Shown here: one piece after another, positions 40,800-51,060 of the stretch | Position numbering within the stretch: the stretch's first letter is position 1 | Layout of the letters: each line of letters begins with the position of its first letter | DNA from: Candidatus Sungiibacteriota bacterium | GTDB lineage: Bacteria > Patescibacteriota > Minisyncoccia > Sungbacterales > JACQCQ01 | NCBI GenBank assembly: GCA_016201505.1 | Contig: JACQCQ010000002.1 | Span: forward strand, 144,903 to 208,902 | Reading direction: 5' to 3' | Length of the DNA: 64,000 nucleotides | Notes under the pieces: generated by a model | Databases searched by the model: none | The model's input: the letters and a program-made list of their open reading frames with translations, nothing else | Told to the model about the DNA's origin: nothing | Position numbers and translations under genes: made by a program

Positions 40800-42974
40800 A
40801 TGGCTAAAAAGAAAAAACGGACGAACGGAAGAGATGAAAAAGCTTCCCGCGCATACGCGACCAGCAGAAAATGGCACGACGACTTATCGTCTGAAACCAA
40901 AAAAAGTATCCTGGCAATTTTGTTTTTTGCAGCTGCCGCGGTAACACTTTTTGCTTATTTTGGGCGGGCCGGAGTTTTCGGAGAATATCTTTATGGTGCG
41001 CTTGATTTCCTCCTCGGTAAGGGTTATGTGCTTTCGACCGCAGCACTTATTTTGGGCGGGCTTTCTTTTTTGCTGTCACTACGTGAGCGGGTTTATATCT
41101 CAACACTGGTGGGCCTCGTACTCTTTCTTTTTGTATCGCTGGCCGTTATCGAGCTCATATTTACGGGGAGGACCGGCGGATATATCGGCTACATGATCAG
41201 TTACCCATTGGTTAAAATTCTTGATTTTTGGGCCAGTCTCGTCATCCTGGCTGCGCTTGATGTTGTAGCCCTGCTGATCGTATTCAATATTCCTTTGTTT
41301 GGCCGAGAAACCGATGAAGATTCAAGTGACGTTGATTTGCTGGATGTTGAAGAAGCGGGCGAGATGCGAGTCGGTGTTGCCGACGGAATTCGGGATAAAG
41401 CCCTCCAGTTAAAAGAGGCATTCAAAATGAAAGAGCCGATTATGCCGCAGGCCATGAGCCAAGAAACAAGCGGGGAGGCTGATTTTATCATTTCAAAACG
41501 CTCACAAAAATTTCCCTATAAGCGCCCGCCGCTTGATTTATTAAATGACGACAAGGGGACGCCTTCATCCGGCGATATTAAGGCCAATGCCAATATTATT
41601 CAGCGGACACTTCAAAATTTTGGCATTGACGTGGAGATGTCTACCGTTTCAGTCGGACCAACCATTACGCAATATAGCTTAAAACCAGCCGAGGGTGTTA
41701 AAATTTCAAGAATTCTCGGTTTACAGAATGATCTAGCCCTGGCTCTGGCAGCGCATCCCATACGGGTCGAAGCGCCGATACCCGGCAAGTCTCTGGTTGG
41801 TATTGAAGTGCCGAATAAGTCGATTGCTCTCGTTGGCCTGCGCAGTCTTCTCTCCGAGGCGCAATACAATGACTCACCGGCGCCTCTTCTATTTGCCCTG
41901 GGCCGAGACGTAACCGGGTCGGCGGTTTACGCTGATCTGGCTCGCATGCCGCACCTCTTAATTGCCGGAGCCACGGGTACCGGAAAATCGGTCAGCATGC
42001 ACTCCATCATCACCTCATATCTCTACCGCAATCCGCCGGAGGTGCTCCGATTTATCATGGTTGACCCAAAACGCGTTGAGCTTTCAAATTACAACGGCAT
42101 TCCGCATCTTTTAACCCCAGTTATTACCGACCCAAAGAAGACGATCCATGCGCTACGCTGGGCAGTTCGCGAAATGGAGCGGAGATATGAACTGCTGGCT
42201 GATAAGAGTGCGCGCGATCTTGCGAGCTATAACCTTAAAATTTCGGCCAGTAAAGATTCTGAAGATGAGCCCCTGCCCTATATCGTCATCGTCATTGATG
42301 AATTAGCGGATCTGATGATGGCTTTTCCGCGCGAAGTCGAAGGATCAGTGGTGCGACTTGCGCAGATGGCGCGTGCGGTAGGCCTGCATTTGATTTTAAC
42401 GACCCAAAGACCATCGGTTGAAATTATCACCGGATTGATTAAGGCCAACATCACCTCGCGCGTTGCTTTCCAGACCGGATCGCAGATTGATTCGCGCACA
42501 ATTCTCGATATGGCGGGAGCGGAAAAACTCTTAGGCAATGGCGATATGCTGTTTCTTGCCGGGGACACGGCCAAGCCACGGCGCATTCAGGGAGCTTTTG
42601 TTTCAGATGCTGAGGTGCGCCGCGTGGTGGATTTTCTAAGACGCGAGGAAGAAGCGCCAATTTATGAAACGGGCATTACCGAGCCAAGAAAAGATGCCGG
42701 AACCGGTGGATTATTCATGGGCGCCGATGATGAGACCGAAGATGAATTATATGAAGACGCAAAGCGCGTCGTTATTGAGTCCGGCAAAGCCTCGGCTTCG
42801 CTCCTGCAGCGGCGTCTCCGGGTGGGGTATGCCAGAGCCGCACGGCTGCTTGATATTCTGGAAGAAAATGGAATCATCGGGCCAGGGTCAGGAGCAAAAC
42901 CGCGCGATATTTTAGTTCCGCATCAGGGATCTGATCCCGAAGCCATGGATGAAATGGATGAAGTAGCTTTATGA
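40800..42974 (+). CDS. ftsK: DNA translocase FtsK/SpoIIIE
   Basis: N-terminal TM helices, a linker, Walker A GATGTGKS, and a C-terminal gamma (wHTH) domain. Confidence 0.85.
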   Translation: MAKKKKRTNGRDEKASRAYATSRKWHDDLSSETKKSILAILFFAAAAVTLFAYFGRAGVFGEYLYGALDFLLGKGYVLSTAALILGGLSFLLSLRERVYISTLVGLVLFLFVSLAVIELIFTGRTGGYIGYMISYPLVKILDFWASLVILAALDVVALLIVFNIPLFGRETDEDSSDVDLLDVEEAGEMRVGVADGIRDKALQLKEAFKMKEPIMPQAMSQETSGEADFIISKRSQKFPYKRPPLDLLNDDKGTPSSGDIKANANIIQRTLQNFGIDVEMSTVSVGPTITQYSLKPAEGVKISRILGLQNDLALALAAHPIRVEAPIPGKSLVGIEVPNKSIALVGLRSLLSEAQYNDSPAPLLFALGRDVTGSAVYADLARMPHLLIAGATGTGKSVSMHSIITSYLYRNPPEVLRFIMVDPKRVELSNYNGIPHLLTPVITDPKKTIHALRWAVREMERRYELLADKSARDLASYNLKISASKDSEDEPLPYIVIVIDELADLMMAFPREVEGSVVRLAQMARAVGLHLILTTQRPSVEIITGLIKANITSRVAFQTGSQIDSRTILDMAGAEKLLGNGDMLFLAGDTAKPRRIQGAFVSDAEVRRVVDFLRREEEAPIYETGITEPRKDAGTGGLFMGADDETEDELYEDAKRVVIESGKASASLLQRRLRVGYARAARLLDILEENGIIGPGSGAKPRDILVPHQGSDPEAMDEMDEVAL

Positions 42975-43109
42975 CCCAGTCGAGAACTTCAAACACTTTC
43001 GCAGCGGCGGAAGCCAAACACCGAGAACATTAAAGCTTGAGGCGAAGCCAACAGAACGAACATGAAAAACTATGCGTTATTATTAAATTTGGAGTTCTTC
43101 TAACCGGGT

Positions 43110-43748
43110 ATGATCGGCGAAGCTTTAAAAAATGCCAGGAGACAGAGGGGACTTTCGCTTGCTGAATCAGCGCGGCTTTCAAATCTACCATCACGTTTTC
43201 TTTTAGCGCTTGAGGCTGAAGATCTTTCGATTTTAGGCGGTTGGATCTACGCTGAACGCTACGGCAGAACCTATGCTGATTTTTTGGGCATCTGGTCACA
43301 AGAATTCCAGCACGAGTTGCTCTCGCTCTGGGAAACGGATCTTTTTAAAAAGGAGAAGAGACTAAAGAAACCATCTCTGTGGCGCCGCCTGCCAGTGCTT
43401 CTCACGCGCCAGCGTTTTTTAAAGATTTCCGGTGCCGCTCTCATAATCTTAATAGGATTTTATTTCTCATATCAGCTGTCGAATTTGTTGTTGGCTCCGC
43501 GGATCAGCCTTGTATCGCCCCAAGCCGAGTTCACTGCGGTACGCGATCAGAAATTCACCATACAGGGAAAATTAAAAGAAGCGGCAAGGCTCGCCATTAA
43601 CCGACGCCCCATCAATACGGCTAAAAACGGAGAATTTAAGGTAGACTTGTACCTCTCTCCCGGACTCAATAGAATAAATCTGGATGCGACTAATGTCAGC
43701 GGCAAAGAATTTCGGGAAATTCGATATATCGTCTACAGTCCCAAATAG
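43110..43748 (+). CDS. RodZ-like protein (XRE-type HTH, single TM, extracytoplasmic domain)
   Basis: MIGEALKNARRQRGLSLAESARLSNLPSRFLLALEAEDL HTH and one TM helix (ISGAALIILIGFYFSYQL). Confidence 0.5.
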   Translation: MIGEALKNARRQRGLSLAESARLSNLPSRFLLALEAEDLSILGGWIYAERYGRTYADFLGIWSQEFQHELLSLWETDLFKKEKRLKKPSLWRRLPVLLTRQRFLKISGAALIILIGFYFSYQLSNLLLAPRISLVSPQAEFTAVRDQKFTIQGKLKEAARLAINRRPINTAKNGEFKVDLYLSPGLNRINLDATNVSGKEFREIRYIVYSPK

Positions 43749-43752
43749 CAAA

Positions 43753-43844
43753 TAATATAAATCAAATCGTCTACCGACTACAGACTACTGCACCGAAATC
43801 CAAAGCGCAGTAGTCAGTGGACGGTAGACTGTAGTCCAATAAAA
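43753..43844 (+). promoter_or_regulatory. structured leader element, recA copy
   Basis: AATAATATAAATCAAATCGTCTACCGACTACAGACTACTGCACCGAAATCCAAAGCGCAGTAGTCAGTGGACGGTAGACTGTAGTCCAATAAAA immediately 5' of the ATG. Perfect 9-bp central hairpin GACTACTGC/GCAGTAGTC. Confidence 0.55.
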
Positions 43845-44882
43845 ATGGCTAAACAATCTGTTGATCTCAAAACTCAAAAAGCTAAAGCGCTTGAATACAC
43901 CGTAAAAGAAATCCAAGGAAAATATGGCGAAGGCTCGATAATGAAATTGGGTGAAGCCAGAAAAGTTGACGTGGATGTTATTCCGACGGGGTCGCTCGCG
44001 CTTGATTGGGCACTCGGCGTCGGCGGAATACCGCGAGGCAGAATCATCGAAGTCTACGGACCCGAGTCATCGGGTAAAACGACACTGGCGCTCCACATAG
44101 TTGCCGAGGTTCAGAAGAAGGGCGGGATAGCGGCATTTGTGGACGCGGAGCATGCGCTCGATCCTGAATATGCCAAGCGTATAGGGGTTAAAATTAATGA
44201 TCTTTTTATTTCACAGCCTGATACCGGCGAGCAAGCGCTTGAGATCGTGGAATCCCTCGTAAAGTCGGGTGCGGTTGATTTGATTGTGATTGATTCGGTT
44301 GCAGCCCTAACCCCCAGGGCCGAAATCGAAGGTGAAATGGGCCAGCAGCACATGGGGCTGCAAGCACGCTTGATGTCGCATGCCTTGCGAAAGCTGACGG
44401 GCATTGTATCAAAAGGCAATACCACGATTGTTTTCATTAATCAGATTCGCATGCAGATCGGCATTATGTTTGGCAATCCCGAGACAACGCCCGGCGGCAA
44501 AGCGCTTAAATTTTACTCATCAGTTCGTATCGAGGTGCGGCGGGCGGCGCAAATTAAAAAAGGCGACGAGGTCATTGGGAATCGCGTAAAGGCAAAAATT
44601 GTAAAAAATAAAGTTGCGCCACCCTTCAGAACGGCGGAATTCGATATCTTCTATAATCAGGGCATCGCGGCCGAAAGTGAGATTATTTCTTTGGGTATTA
44701 AATACGGGCTGGTCAAAAAATCCGGTGCTGCGCTTTCCTACGGGGCAATAAAGCTCGGCCAGGGGTTTGATGCTGGCCGGACATTTCTGAAGGAAAACCC
44801 TAAAATCAAAAATGAAATTGCGGATTTAGTGCGCCAAAAACTAAACTCGGGTGCTGCGGCCGAAGTAGAAAGCCAGGGATAA
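43845..44882 (+). CDS. recA: recombinase RecA
   Basis: 345 aa. GPESSGKTT Walker A and the L1/L2 loops. Confidence 0.95.
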   Translation: MAKQSVDLKTQKAKALEYTVKEIQGKYGEGSIMKLGEARKVDVDVIPTGSLALDWALGVGGIPRGRIIEVYGPESSGKTTLALHIVAEVQKKGGIAAFVDAEHALDPEYAKRIGVKINDLFISQPDTGEQALEIVESLVKSGAVDLIVIDSVAALTPRAEIEGEMGQQHMGLQARLMSHALRKLTGIVSKGNTTIVFINQIRMQIGIMFGNPETTPGGKALKFYSSVRIEVRRAAQIKKGDEVIGNRVKAKIVKNKVAPPFRTAEFDIFYNQGIAAESEIISLGIKYGLVKKSGAALSYGAIKLGQGFDAGRTFLKENPKIKNEIADLVRQKLNSGAAAEVESQG

Positions 44883-44889
44883 TAAAACT

Positions 44890-45129
44890 TTAGCGAATGG
44901 TATAGGCGAGGAGTCCGAGAAATCGGGCTCTTTTGATGGCTTGAGAAAGAAGGCGCTGGTGCGTGGCACAAACACCCGTTCTCGTACGCTTGGCGATTTT
45001 ACCCTGCGGATTTACAAACTTGCGGAGAAACTCAGCCTCTTTATAGTCGATCACACTTGCGTTTGCCGTACAAAAAGAGCATTGAGTAGGTCGCTCTCGC
45101 TTCATAAATGGTTTTGTTTCAATCGGCAT
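44890..45129 (-). CDS. rpsR: 30S ribosomal protein S18
   Basis: GKIAKRTRTGVCATHQRLLSQAIKRARFLGLL signature. Confidence 0.8.
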   Translation of the reverse strand: MPIETKPFMKRERPTQCSFCTANASVIDYKEAEFLRKFVNPQGKIAKRTRTGVCATHQRLLSQAIKRARFLGLLAYTIR

Positions 45130-45136
45130 GGTTAAA

Positions 45137-45601
45137 TCAAAATGGTATATCTTTCACATCAATCTCATCCTCCGGGTACTGGACCGTGGGCGGCTCTTCG
45201 GCTGGAGCGCCTTGACCTTGACGCGAATCCGTTTCAGCCATCGTTGCCGCGCCCGTATTTTCTCTCTCCAAAGGCCGCGGGCCCATTTGCATTGACTCAG
45301 CGACGATCTCGGTGCGGTAACGCTTCGCGCCACTTTCTTTATCTTGCCAAGAACGGGTCTCAATTCTGCCTTCGACAAATACCAGCCTGCCGCGATTTAA
45401 ATACTGTCCGCAAATCTCCGCCAGCTTTCCCCAGGCTACAATGCGATGGAACTCGGCTTTCTGATTTTTTTCACCCGCTGGCGACATCCAGACTCGATTG
45501 GTGGCCACATCGAATGTACAAACCGATTGGCCAGTTGGGGTTTGTCTCAATTCCGGATCCCGGGTCAAGTTGCCGAGGATCATCGCTTTATTTACATTCA
45601 T
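45137..45601 (-). CDS. ssb: single-stranded DNA-binding protein
   Basis: GTG start. OB-fold (ILGNLTRDPELR), acidic DIPF C-terminal tail. Confidence 0.85.
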   Translation of the reverse strand: MNVNKAMILGNLTRDPELRQTPTGQSVCTFDVATNRVWMSPAGEKNQKAEFHRIVAWGKLAEICGQYLNRGRLVFVEGRIETRSWQDKESGAKRYRTEIVAESMQMGPRPLERENTGAATMAETDSRQGQGAPAEEPPTVQYPEDEIDVKDIPF

Positions 45602-45694
45602 CCCGTTAGAAGCAGATCGCGATCATCCGCGCTATCGCTCGAGTTAAGCTATTAATGTTGAGGAGCTTCATACCATTGTACCCCGTGTATGCGA
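45601..45694 (-). repeat. CCCGTTAGA-bracketed element b1 (CCCGTTAGAAGCAGATCGCGATC ... GCGATCGCGGCTTCTAACGGG) in the rpsF-ssb spacer
   Basis: The ends match element (a) at 8259-8372 in the same orientation relative to transcription. The interior is unrelated. Confidence 0.6.
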
Positions 45695-45700
45695 TCGCGG

Positions 45701-45799
45701 CTTCTAACGGGATTCATCCCGTTAGAGAATTAACTACTAACTCTGTTGCTGGTCTCATGTCTTTATGTGTCGTGAGTTTCATGTTCGAAATGTAGTCTC
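45701..45799 (-). repeat. CCCGTTAGA-bracketed element b2 (CCCGTTAGAGAATTAACT ... ATTCTCTAACGGG), tandem to b1 and separated from it by ATTCAT
   Basis: Terminal inverted repeats read from the sequence. Left arm shared with the solo copy at 26601. Confidence 0.6.
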
Positions 45800-45895
45800 T
45801 GATTCATTCTCTAACGGGATTCATGGTATTAACCGCAAACTTTTACAAACTTTCCCGCTAAGGTATACAAAATTTTTCATATTCCTTTTGTGGTC

Positions 45896-46348
45896 TTAAC
45901 TCCCTAGGATTTCATCCAGCCGCTTATCAATATTTTCGATATTGGTATCCGACTTCGCAAAAACCTCCGCCTCGCGCTTTGGAGCTTCAACCCTTGCCAT
46001 GCCTTCCGTCGATCGCCAATTGGGGCGGAAAGGGTGGGCTTTCTTTTCTTCGATCACTTCTTCGACGATCAAAGAACGCATAATCTCTTTTTCAAATTTC
46101 AGCTTCTTTTCAATCTCGTGAAGCGCCGCCGGATCAGCCGAGAATGTCGTGTAGCCAAAATAAGCCAGGCGGTCGTTTTCGATGTAGTAGGCGAGGCGCC
46201 GTTTCTCGGGTTCTTTGATATGCCGAATAGTACCTTCGAGTTCGCCGATGATTCGGGTAATAATGCCGGTCACGCGGGCAACATCATCTTCCGCCACCGC
46301 GGGAGAAACCAGATAGCCAATTTCGTATTTTTTAGGCTGATAGTCCAT
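45896..46348 (-). CDS. rpsF: 30S ribosomal protein S6 with a C-terminal extension
   Basis: MDYQPKKYEIGYLVSP... S6 fold. rpsF-ssb-rpsR synteny. Confidence 0.85.
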   Translation of the reverse strand: MDYQPKKYEIGYLVSPAVAEDDVARVTGIITRIIGELEGTIRHIKEPEKRRLAYYIENDRLAYFGYTTFSADPAALHEIEKKLKFEKEIMRSLIVEEVIEEKKAHPFRPNWRSTEGMARVEAPKREAEVFAKSDTNIENIDKRLDEILGS

Positions 46349-46434
46349 GAATTAGGCGACTTTGCTCCCAAAAGTCTATCAAAATCGGCCGGTTTCTGCA
46401 ACCCGGTGCGGGCTCAAACCGGGTGCAAGCGTCG

Positions 46435-47517
46435 CTAGATACGAAACTCAATGACGTCGCCATCTTTTACCGTATACTCCTTCCCTTCAATGCGAATTCG
46501 GCCATGCTCTTTCGCCCCTGCCCAGGAGCCTGAGCGGAGGAGTGCGTCCCATGGTATGACTTCGGCTCGGATAAATTTATCCTCGAAATCAGAATGAATG
46601 GCGCGTCCGGCTCGAGGGGCTTTGGCGTCTTTCTCAATTGTCCAGGCCCTGGTCTCATCCTCACCGGTCGTAAAAAAAGTTATAAGTCCGAGTCGACCAT
46701 ACGCCGCTCGGGTAACGAGATCGAGCGACGAAGAAGAGATTCCTACGAGGGAACGGAATTCATTGGCCTGGACCTCTTCCATCGTGGCCGCCTCGCTTTC
46801 GATACCGATGGGAATAGAGAGATAGGGAATGTCCCCAAGCCTTTTCATCAAATCTTCTCCCGGCTGCCATATTTCCGAAACCTCCTTATCAGAAATATTA
46901 AATATGACCAGCATTGGCTTTATCGTAAGCAAATTATAGGTTCCGGCTATTTTACCCTCGGCGTCTGAAAGGTTTGCTTGCGACAGCAGTCTGCCTGCTT
47001 CAAGTATGTGTTTAATCCGTTTAAGGTCCTCACTTTCCTCTATTTTCTTTTTATCGCCGGACCTGGCTTCAGATCCAATTTTCTCCTGCAGCTTCATGGT
47101 TGTCTCAAGATCCTTCAAAACAAGCTCCAGATTGATGATCTCAAAATCGCGCAAGGCGTCGGGCGTCTCGGCCACATGAATGATGTCTGAATTTTGGAAA
47201 ACGCGCACCACCTGGCACAAAGCGTCAACCTCGCGAATATGCGAAAGAAAAGCATTGCCGAGTCCCGCGCCCTCCGAGGCCCCACCCACCAGTCCTGCGA
47301 TATCCACAAATTCAATGGCAGCCGGAATGACTTTTTTTGAATGCGAGAAGCGAGCGAGCTTTAACAGCCGTTCATCTCGAACCGTCACCACGCCGACATT
47401 CGGATCAATCGTGGCAAAAGGGTAGTTGGCGATGAGAACCTCTTGCTTGGTGAGAGCGTGAAAAAGCGTCGATTTCCCGACGTTTGGCAGCCCGATGATA
47501 CCGATTTTAAGTCCCAT
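46435..47517 (-). CDS. ychF: ribosome-binding ATPase YchF (Obg-family GTPase)
   Basis: GIIGLPNVGKSTLF G1 motif and C-terminal TGS domain. Confidence 0.85.
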   Translation of the reverse strand: MGLKIGIIGLPNVGKSTLFHALTKQEVLIANYPFATIDPNVGVVTVRDERLLKLARFSHSKKVIPAAIEFVDIAGLVGGASEGAGLGNAFLSHIREVDALCQVVRVFQNSDIIHVAETPDALRDFEIINLELVLKDLETTMKLQEKIGSEARSGDKKKIEESEDLKRIKHILEAGRLLSQANLSDAEGKIAGTYNLLTIKPMLVIFNISDKEVSEIWQPGEDLMKRLGDIPYLSIPIGIESEAATMEEVQANEFRSLVGISSSSLDLVTRAAYGRLGLITFFTTGEDETRAWTIEKDAKAPRAGRAIHSDFEDKFIRAEVIPWDALLRSGSWAGAKEHGRIRIEGKEYTVKDGDVIEFRI

Positions 47518-47605
47518 ACTGATGAAGGATAACGTATCAAGGCCCGGGTATAAATGTCAAAACATCAAGGTTAAAACTTTAGCCTTCAGCCTTTATACTG
47601 AATGT

Positions 47606-48961
47606 ATGCAGGTAAATCCCGCCATATTCAGAAGTTACGACATTCGCGGCATATACCCCGATGAGCTTTCACCAGAAGCTGCAAAAATGATCGGAATAGG
47701 CTATGCGGAATTTTTACGGCGGGTGACTAAACATTCTCACCCGACAGTTCTCGTTGGACGAGATACGCGCTTTTCATCGGATACGCTCCATCAAAAATTA
47801 GTCGAAGGCCTGATTCGAAATGGCGCCGCAGTGGTTGATATCGGCATTGGCACAACTCCGGAGTTATATTTTTTAACTCTTACGAGACACGGTATTGAGG
47901 GCGGCATCATGATCACCGCTTCGCATAATCAGCCCGAGTATAATGGTTTTAAATTTCTACTTTCTCGCCTCGGCGATATTGGGCTTAAAAATGGTCTTCA
48001 GCGTATCCGAAAGTTCGGCGAGAAAAAATTGCGAGTTGGTATTCGAATCGGGAAAGTAAAGAGCATCGCCGAACAGGACAGATACTTAAGTAAGCTGCGT
48101 TCATTCGTACCTAAAATCCCGCAAATCCGGGTTTTAGTGAACGCCGCTGGAGGCGCAACTTCTTTTTTACTGCCATCGCTACTAGGGTCGTACCCGGTGG
48201 TTTATAAACCGATTTTTTTTGATCCTGATCCAACCTTCGAACATCATCCGCCCAACCCCTTACTCGAGGGAGTCGAAACGAACATGAAGCTTGAAATGAA
48301 ATCAACCAAGTTCCACTTAGGGGTTTGCTTTGACGGGGATGGCGATCGAGTTTCTTTTTTTGACGAAAAGGGAAATCGAATTCGGGCGGATATTGTGTTT
48401 GCCTTGCTCGCGCGAGAAAGCCTAGAGAAACATCGCGGCCGCCGATTTGCTTTTGAGCTGACGCATGCTAAATTTCTGCGCCCCTTTATTGAAACCTATG
48501 GCGGGGAGTTGATTGATACCAAAGTTGGCAGAATAGACATCCGGAGAGTCATGACGGAATCCCAGGCTGTGCTTGGGGGAGAAACTTCTGCCCACGTCTA
48601 TCACCAAGAACTGCAGAACATCGACTCGGCTCTGCTCACTATGCTTAAAATGTTCCGCGTGGTAGGCAAGCTTTCGCGGCCAATTTCAGAAGTGGTGAGC
48701 GGCATCTCGTCGAGTTCCTTCCTGCAAAAGGCGATTTTAGTGAATCACCAAAAGTCAGTAATTCAAAAATTCGCGAACACGTATAAAAATTCAACCCGCT
48801 CAATGCTTGATGGAGTAACGGTGCAATATCCTACCTGGTGGTTTAATATAAGAGCATCGAACACCGAGTCTCTCGTACGTCTTACGCTTGAGACTGGTTC
48901 AGGGGCTGAATCTGCCAGCCGCTTAAAAAGCCTTACCGCCGAGGTTATGTCATATGATTGA
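47606..48961 (+). CDS. phosphomannomutase/phosphoglucomutase (alpha-D-phosphohexomutase)
   Basis: Start at MQVNPAIF. TASHNQPEYNGFK phosphoserine loop and GDGDR metal-binding loop. Confidence 0.75.
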   Translation: MQVNPAIFRSYDIRGIYPDELSPEAAKMIGIGYAEFLRRVTKHSHPTVLVGRDTRFSSDTLHQKLVEGLIRNGAAVVDIGIGTTPELYFLTLTRHGIEGGIMITASHNQPEYNGFKFLLSRLGDIGLKNGLQRIRKFGEKKLRVGIRIGKVKSIAEQDRYLSKLRSFVPKIPQIRVLVNAAGGATSFLLPSLLGSYPVVYKPIFFDPDPTFEHHPPNPLLEGVETNMKLEMKSTKFHLGVCFDGDGDRVSFFDEKGNRIRADIVFALLARESLEKHRGRRFAFELTHAKFLRPFIETYGGELIDTKVGRIDIRRVMTESQAVLGGETSAHVYHQELQNIDSALLTMLKMFRVVGKLSRPISEVVSGISSSSFLQKAILVNHQKSVIQKFANTYKNSTRSMLDGVTVQYPTWWFNIRASNTESLVRLTLETGSGAESASRLKSLTAEVMSYD

Positions 48962-50009
48962 GGGAATTATTTTAGCCCTGATTATTGCGGGGTTTGGCAT
49001 CACGGCCTTCCTGCTTTGGCGTGCGCGCCGGGCGCCGGAAAGCCAGTCTTTGCTTCTCTTGCAAAATCAAATCGCCGAGATTACCCGTACGCTCGACTCT
49101 CGGCTCGGGGAATCATCGCGGGCCATGCAGTCTCAATTCGGCGAGTCGGCGAAAATTATCCGCGATGTGACCGAAAGACTGACCAAGCTCGACGAGACGA
49201 ACCGTCAGGTTGTCGGGTTTGCCGATCAATTGCAAAAATTGCAGGATATCTTGAAGAATCCGAAGCAGAGGGGCGTATTTGGGGAATATTATTTGGAGGC
49301 CTTACTCAAAAATGCTTTTCAGCCCCATCAATATCAGATGCAGTATCAGCTTGGACGAGACGATAAAACTGGGAAGGAATTGATCGCCGACGCCATCCTT
49401 CGTTTTGGTGATAAGCTGATCCCGATTGATTCGAAGTTTTCGCTTGAAAACTACAATCGCATTCTGGAAGAACACGACTCGAACATGCGCGAACAGCTTG
49501 AGAAAGCCTTTAAGCAAGATTTGCGAAATCGAATCGACGAGACTTCCAAGTATATACATCCCGAACTCGGCACGACGGAATTCGCTTTTATGTTCATCCC
49601 GGCTGAAGGAATTTACTACGACCTTCTGATAAACACTGTCGGAGCGATAAAGGTAAATACGCGAGATCTCATTGACTACGCGATTAACGAGAAACGGGTC
49701 CATATTGTTTCGCCGACGACATTCTATGTAACGCTTCAATCCATGTCTGTTGGCATGCGCGCTTTCCAGATTCAGGAATCAACTAAGGAAATCCTTAAAA
49801 ATATCGGACAACTGAGCAAGCATCTAAAATCGTATTCAGACTACCACCTGAAATTAGGTGCTCATCTAGGCACCGTGGTAAACACGTACAATAACTCGTC
49901 ACGCGAGTTTAAAAAGATCGATAAGGATGTTTTGCGGATAAGCGGGAAGTCAGCCGGGTTTGAAGCTGAGCTCATCGAGGCGCCACGGGCCCTAGAAGAA
50001 GTTGAATAA
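48954..50009 (+). CDS. rmuC: DNA recombination protein RmuC
   Basis: N-terminal TM, a coiled coil, and the conserved RmuC C-terminal region (FAFMFIPAEGIYY). Confidence 0.75.
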   Translation: MIEGIILALIIAGFGITAFLLWRARRAPESQSLLLLQNQIAEITRTLDSRLGESSRAMQSQFGESAKIIRDVTERLTKLDETNRQVVGFADQLQKLQDILKNPKQRGVFGEYYLEALLKNAFQPHQYQMQYQLGRDDKTGKELIADAILRFGDKLIPIDSKFSLENYNRILEEHDSNMREQLEKAFKQDLRNRIDETSKYIHPELGTTEFAFMFIPAEGIYYDLLINTVGAIKVNTRDLIDYAINEKRVHIVSPTTFYVTLQSMSVGMRAFQIQESTKEILKNIGQLSKHLKSYSDYHLKLGAHLGTVVNTYNNSSREFKKIDKDVLRISGKSAGFEAELIEAPRALEEVE

Positions 50010-50070
50010 ACTACCCACTCCTTGCAAGTTAAAACCACTTCTGCTAGATTCGTTGGGTAATTAAACATCT

Positions 50071-50385
50071 ATGTACGCAGTCATCGAAACTGGCGGGAAG
50101 CAGTATCTCGTCAAAGAAAACCAGAAAATTCGCGTAGAAAAACTAGCCAGTGACGCGGGCATGATTCGCTTTCCGAAAGTACTGCTGGTGTTCGACGACA
50201 AAAAAATGGACCTCGGCGCGCCGATTATTTCAGAAGCCGCAGTTGAGGCTGAGGTCCTCCGGCAGGGCAGAAATAAAAAAATAATTGTTTTTAAATATCA
50301 TGCCAAAACTCGCTACCGCAAAAAGAAGGGGCATCGCCAGCCATTCACCGAGGTTCTGATTAGAAAAATACTCCGAAAAAACTAA
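50071..50385 (+). CDS. rplU: 50S ribosomal protein L21
   Basis: MYAVIETGGKQY... signature. Confidence 0.85.
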   Translation: MYAVIETGGKQYLVKENQKIRVEKLASDAGMIRFPKVLLVFDDKKMDLGAPIISEAAVEAEVLRQGRNKKIIVFKYHAKTRYRKKKGHRQPFTEVLIRKILRKN

Positions 50386-50421
50386 AGACGAGGCTGTTCG
50401 AGCCTCGTCTTTAGTTTTTTA
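50384..50421. terminator. bidirectional terminator between the convergent rplU and recR genes (AAAGACGAGGC-TGTTCGA-GCCTCGTCTTT followed by a T-run)
   Basis: 11-bp perfect stem followed by a T-run. Confidence 0.8.
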
Positions 50422-51048
50422 GCTGTGTGTCCTGTGCTGAAGCGCGTTTTGCAGAGTAACCTCATCGGCATATTCGAGCTCCGTTCCCAGTGACAGGCCG
50501 CGACCCAGTCTCGAGACAGTCAGATTCTTATATTTTGCCTTTAGCGGATCAAGCATACGTTCAATGTAAAGCGAGGTGGAGACGCCTTCTGTCGTCTCGC
50601 TGGTGGCGATTATTATCTCGACCGGCTTTTTCGTTTTTAGTTTCTTTTCGATCCGGCTGTATAAATCGGCCAGATGCAGCTTCGTCGGCGAATCAGGATC
50701 AAGCGCGCGGAAGACACCGCCTAAAATATGATAGACGCCAGCATAAAGGCGGGTCTTTTCCAAATTGGCGAGGTCCACTTCTTTTTCGACAATCGCCAGT
50801 GTCTCTTGATTTCGTTTTTCACTTGAACAAAATTCGCAAATTGACGATACTGTTCTGTCAATTGACCGATAGCACTCGCCGCAAAATGAAGTATCTTCTT
50901 TCGCCTTTATGATGGCCTCTCCCAAAATTTTCGAATATCCCTTTGACTCGCGCAGGATAAAAAAGGTAATGCGGGCCGCTTGCCGCGGCCCAAGGCCGGG
51001 CAATTCAGACAATAATTCAATTAACCGTTTGATAGGCTGGGGGTACAT
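50419..51048 (-). CDS. recR: recombination protein RecR
   Basis: HhH (LPGLGPRQAARI), C4 zinc finger and Toprim domain. Confidence 0.85.
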   Translation of the reverse strand: MYPQPIKRLIELLSELPGLGPRQAARITFFILRESKGYSKILGEAIIKAKEDTSFCGECYRSIDRTVSSICEFCSSEKRNQETLAIVEKEVDLANLEKTRLYAGVYHILGGVFRALDPDSPTKLHLADLYSRIEKKLKTKKPVEIIIATSETTEGVSTSLYIERMLDPLKAKYKNLTVSRLGRGLSLGTELEYADEVTLQNALQHRTHS

Positions 51049-51060
51049 CGAGACGAGAAC

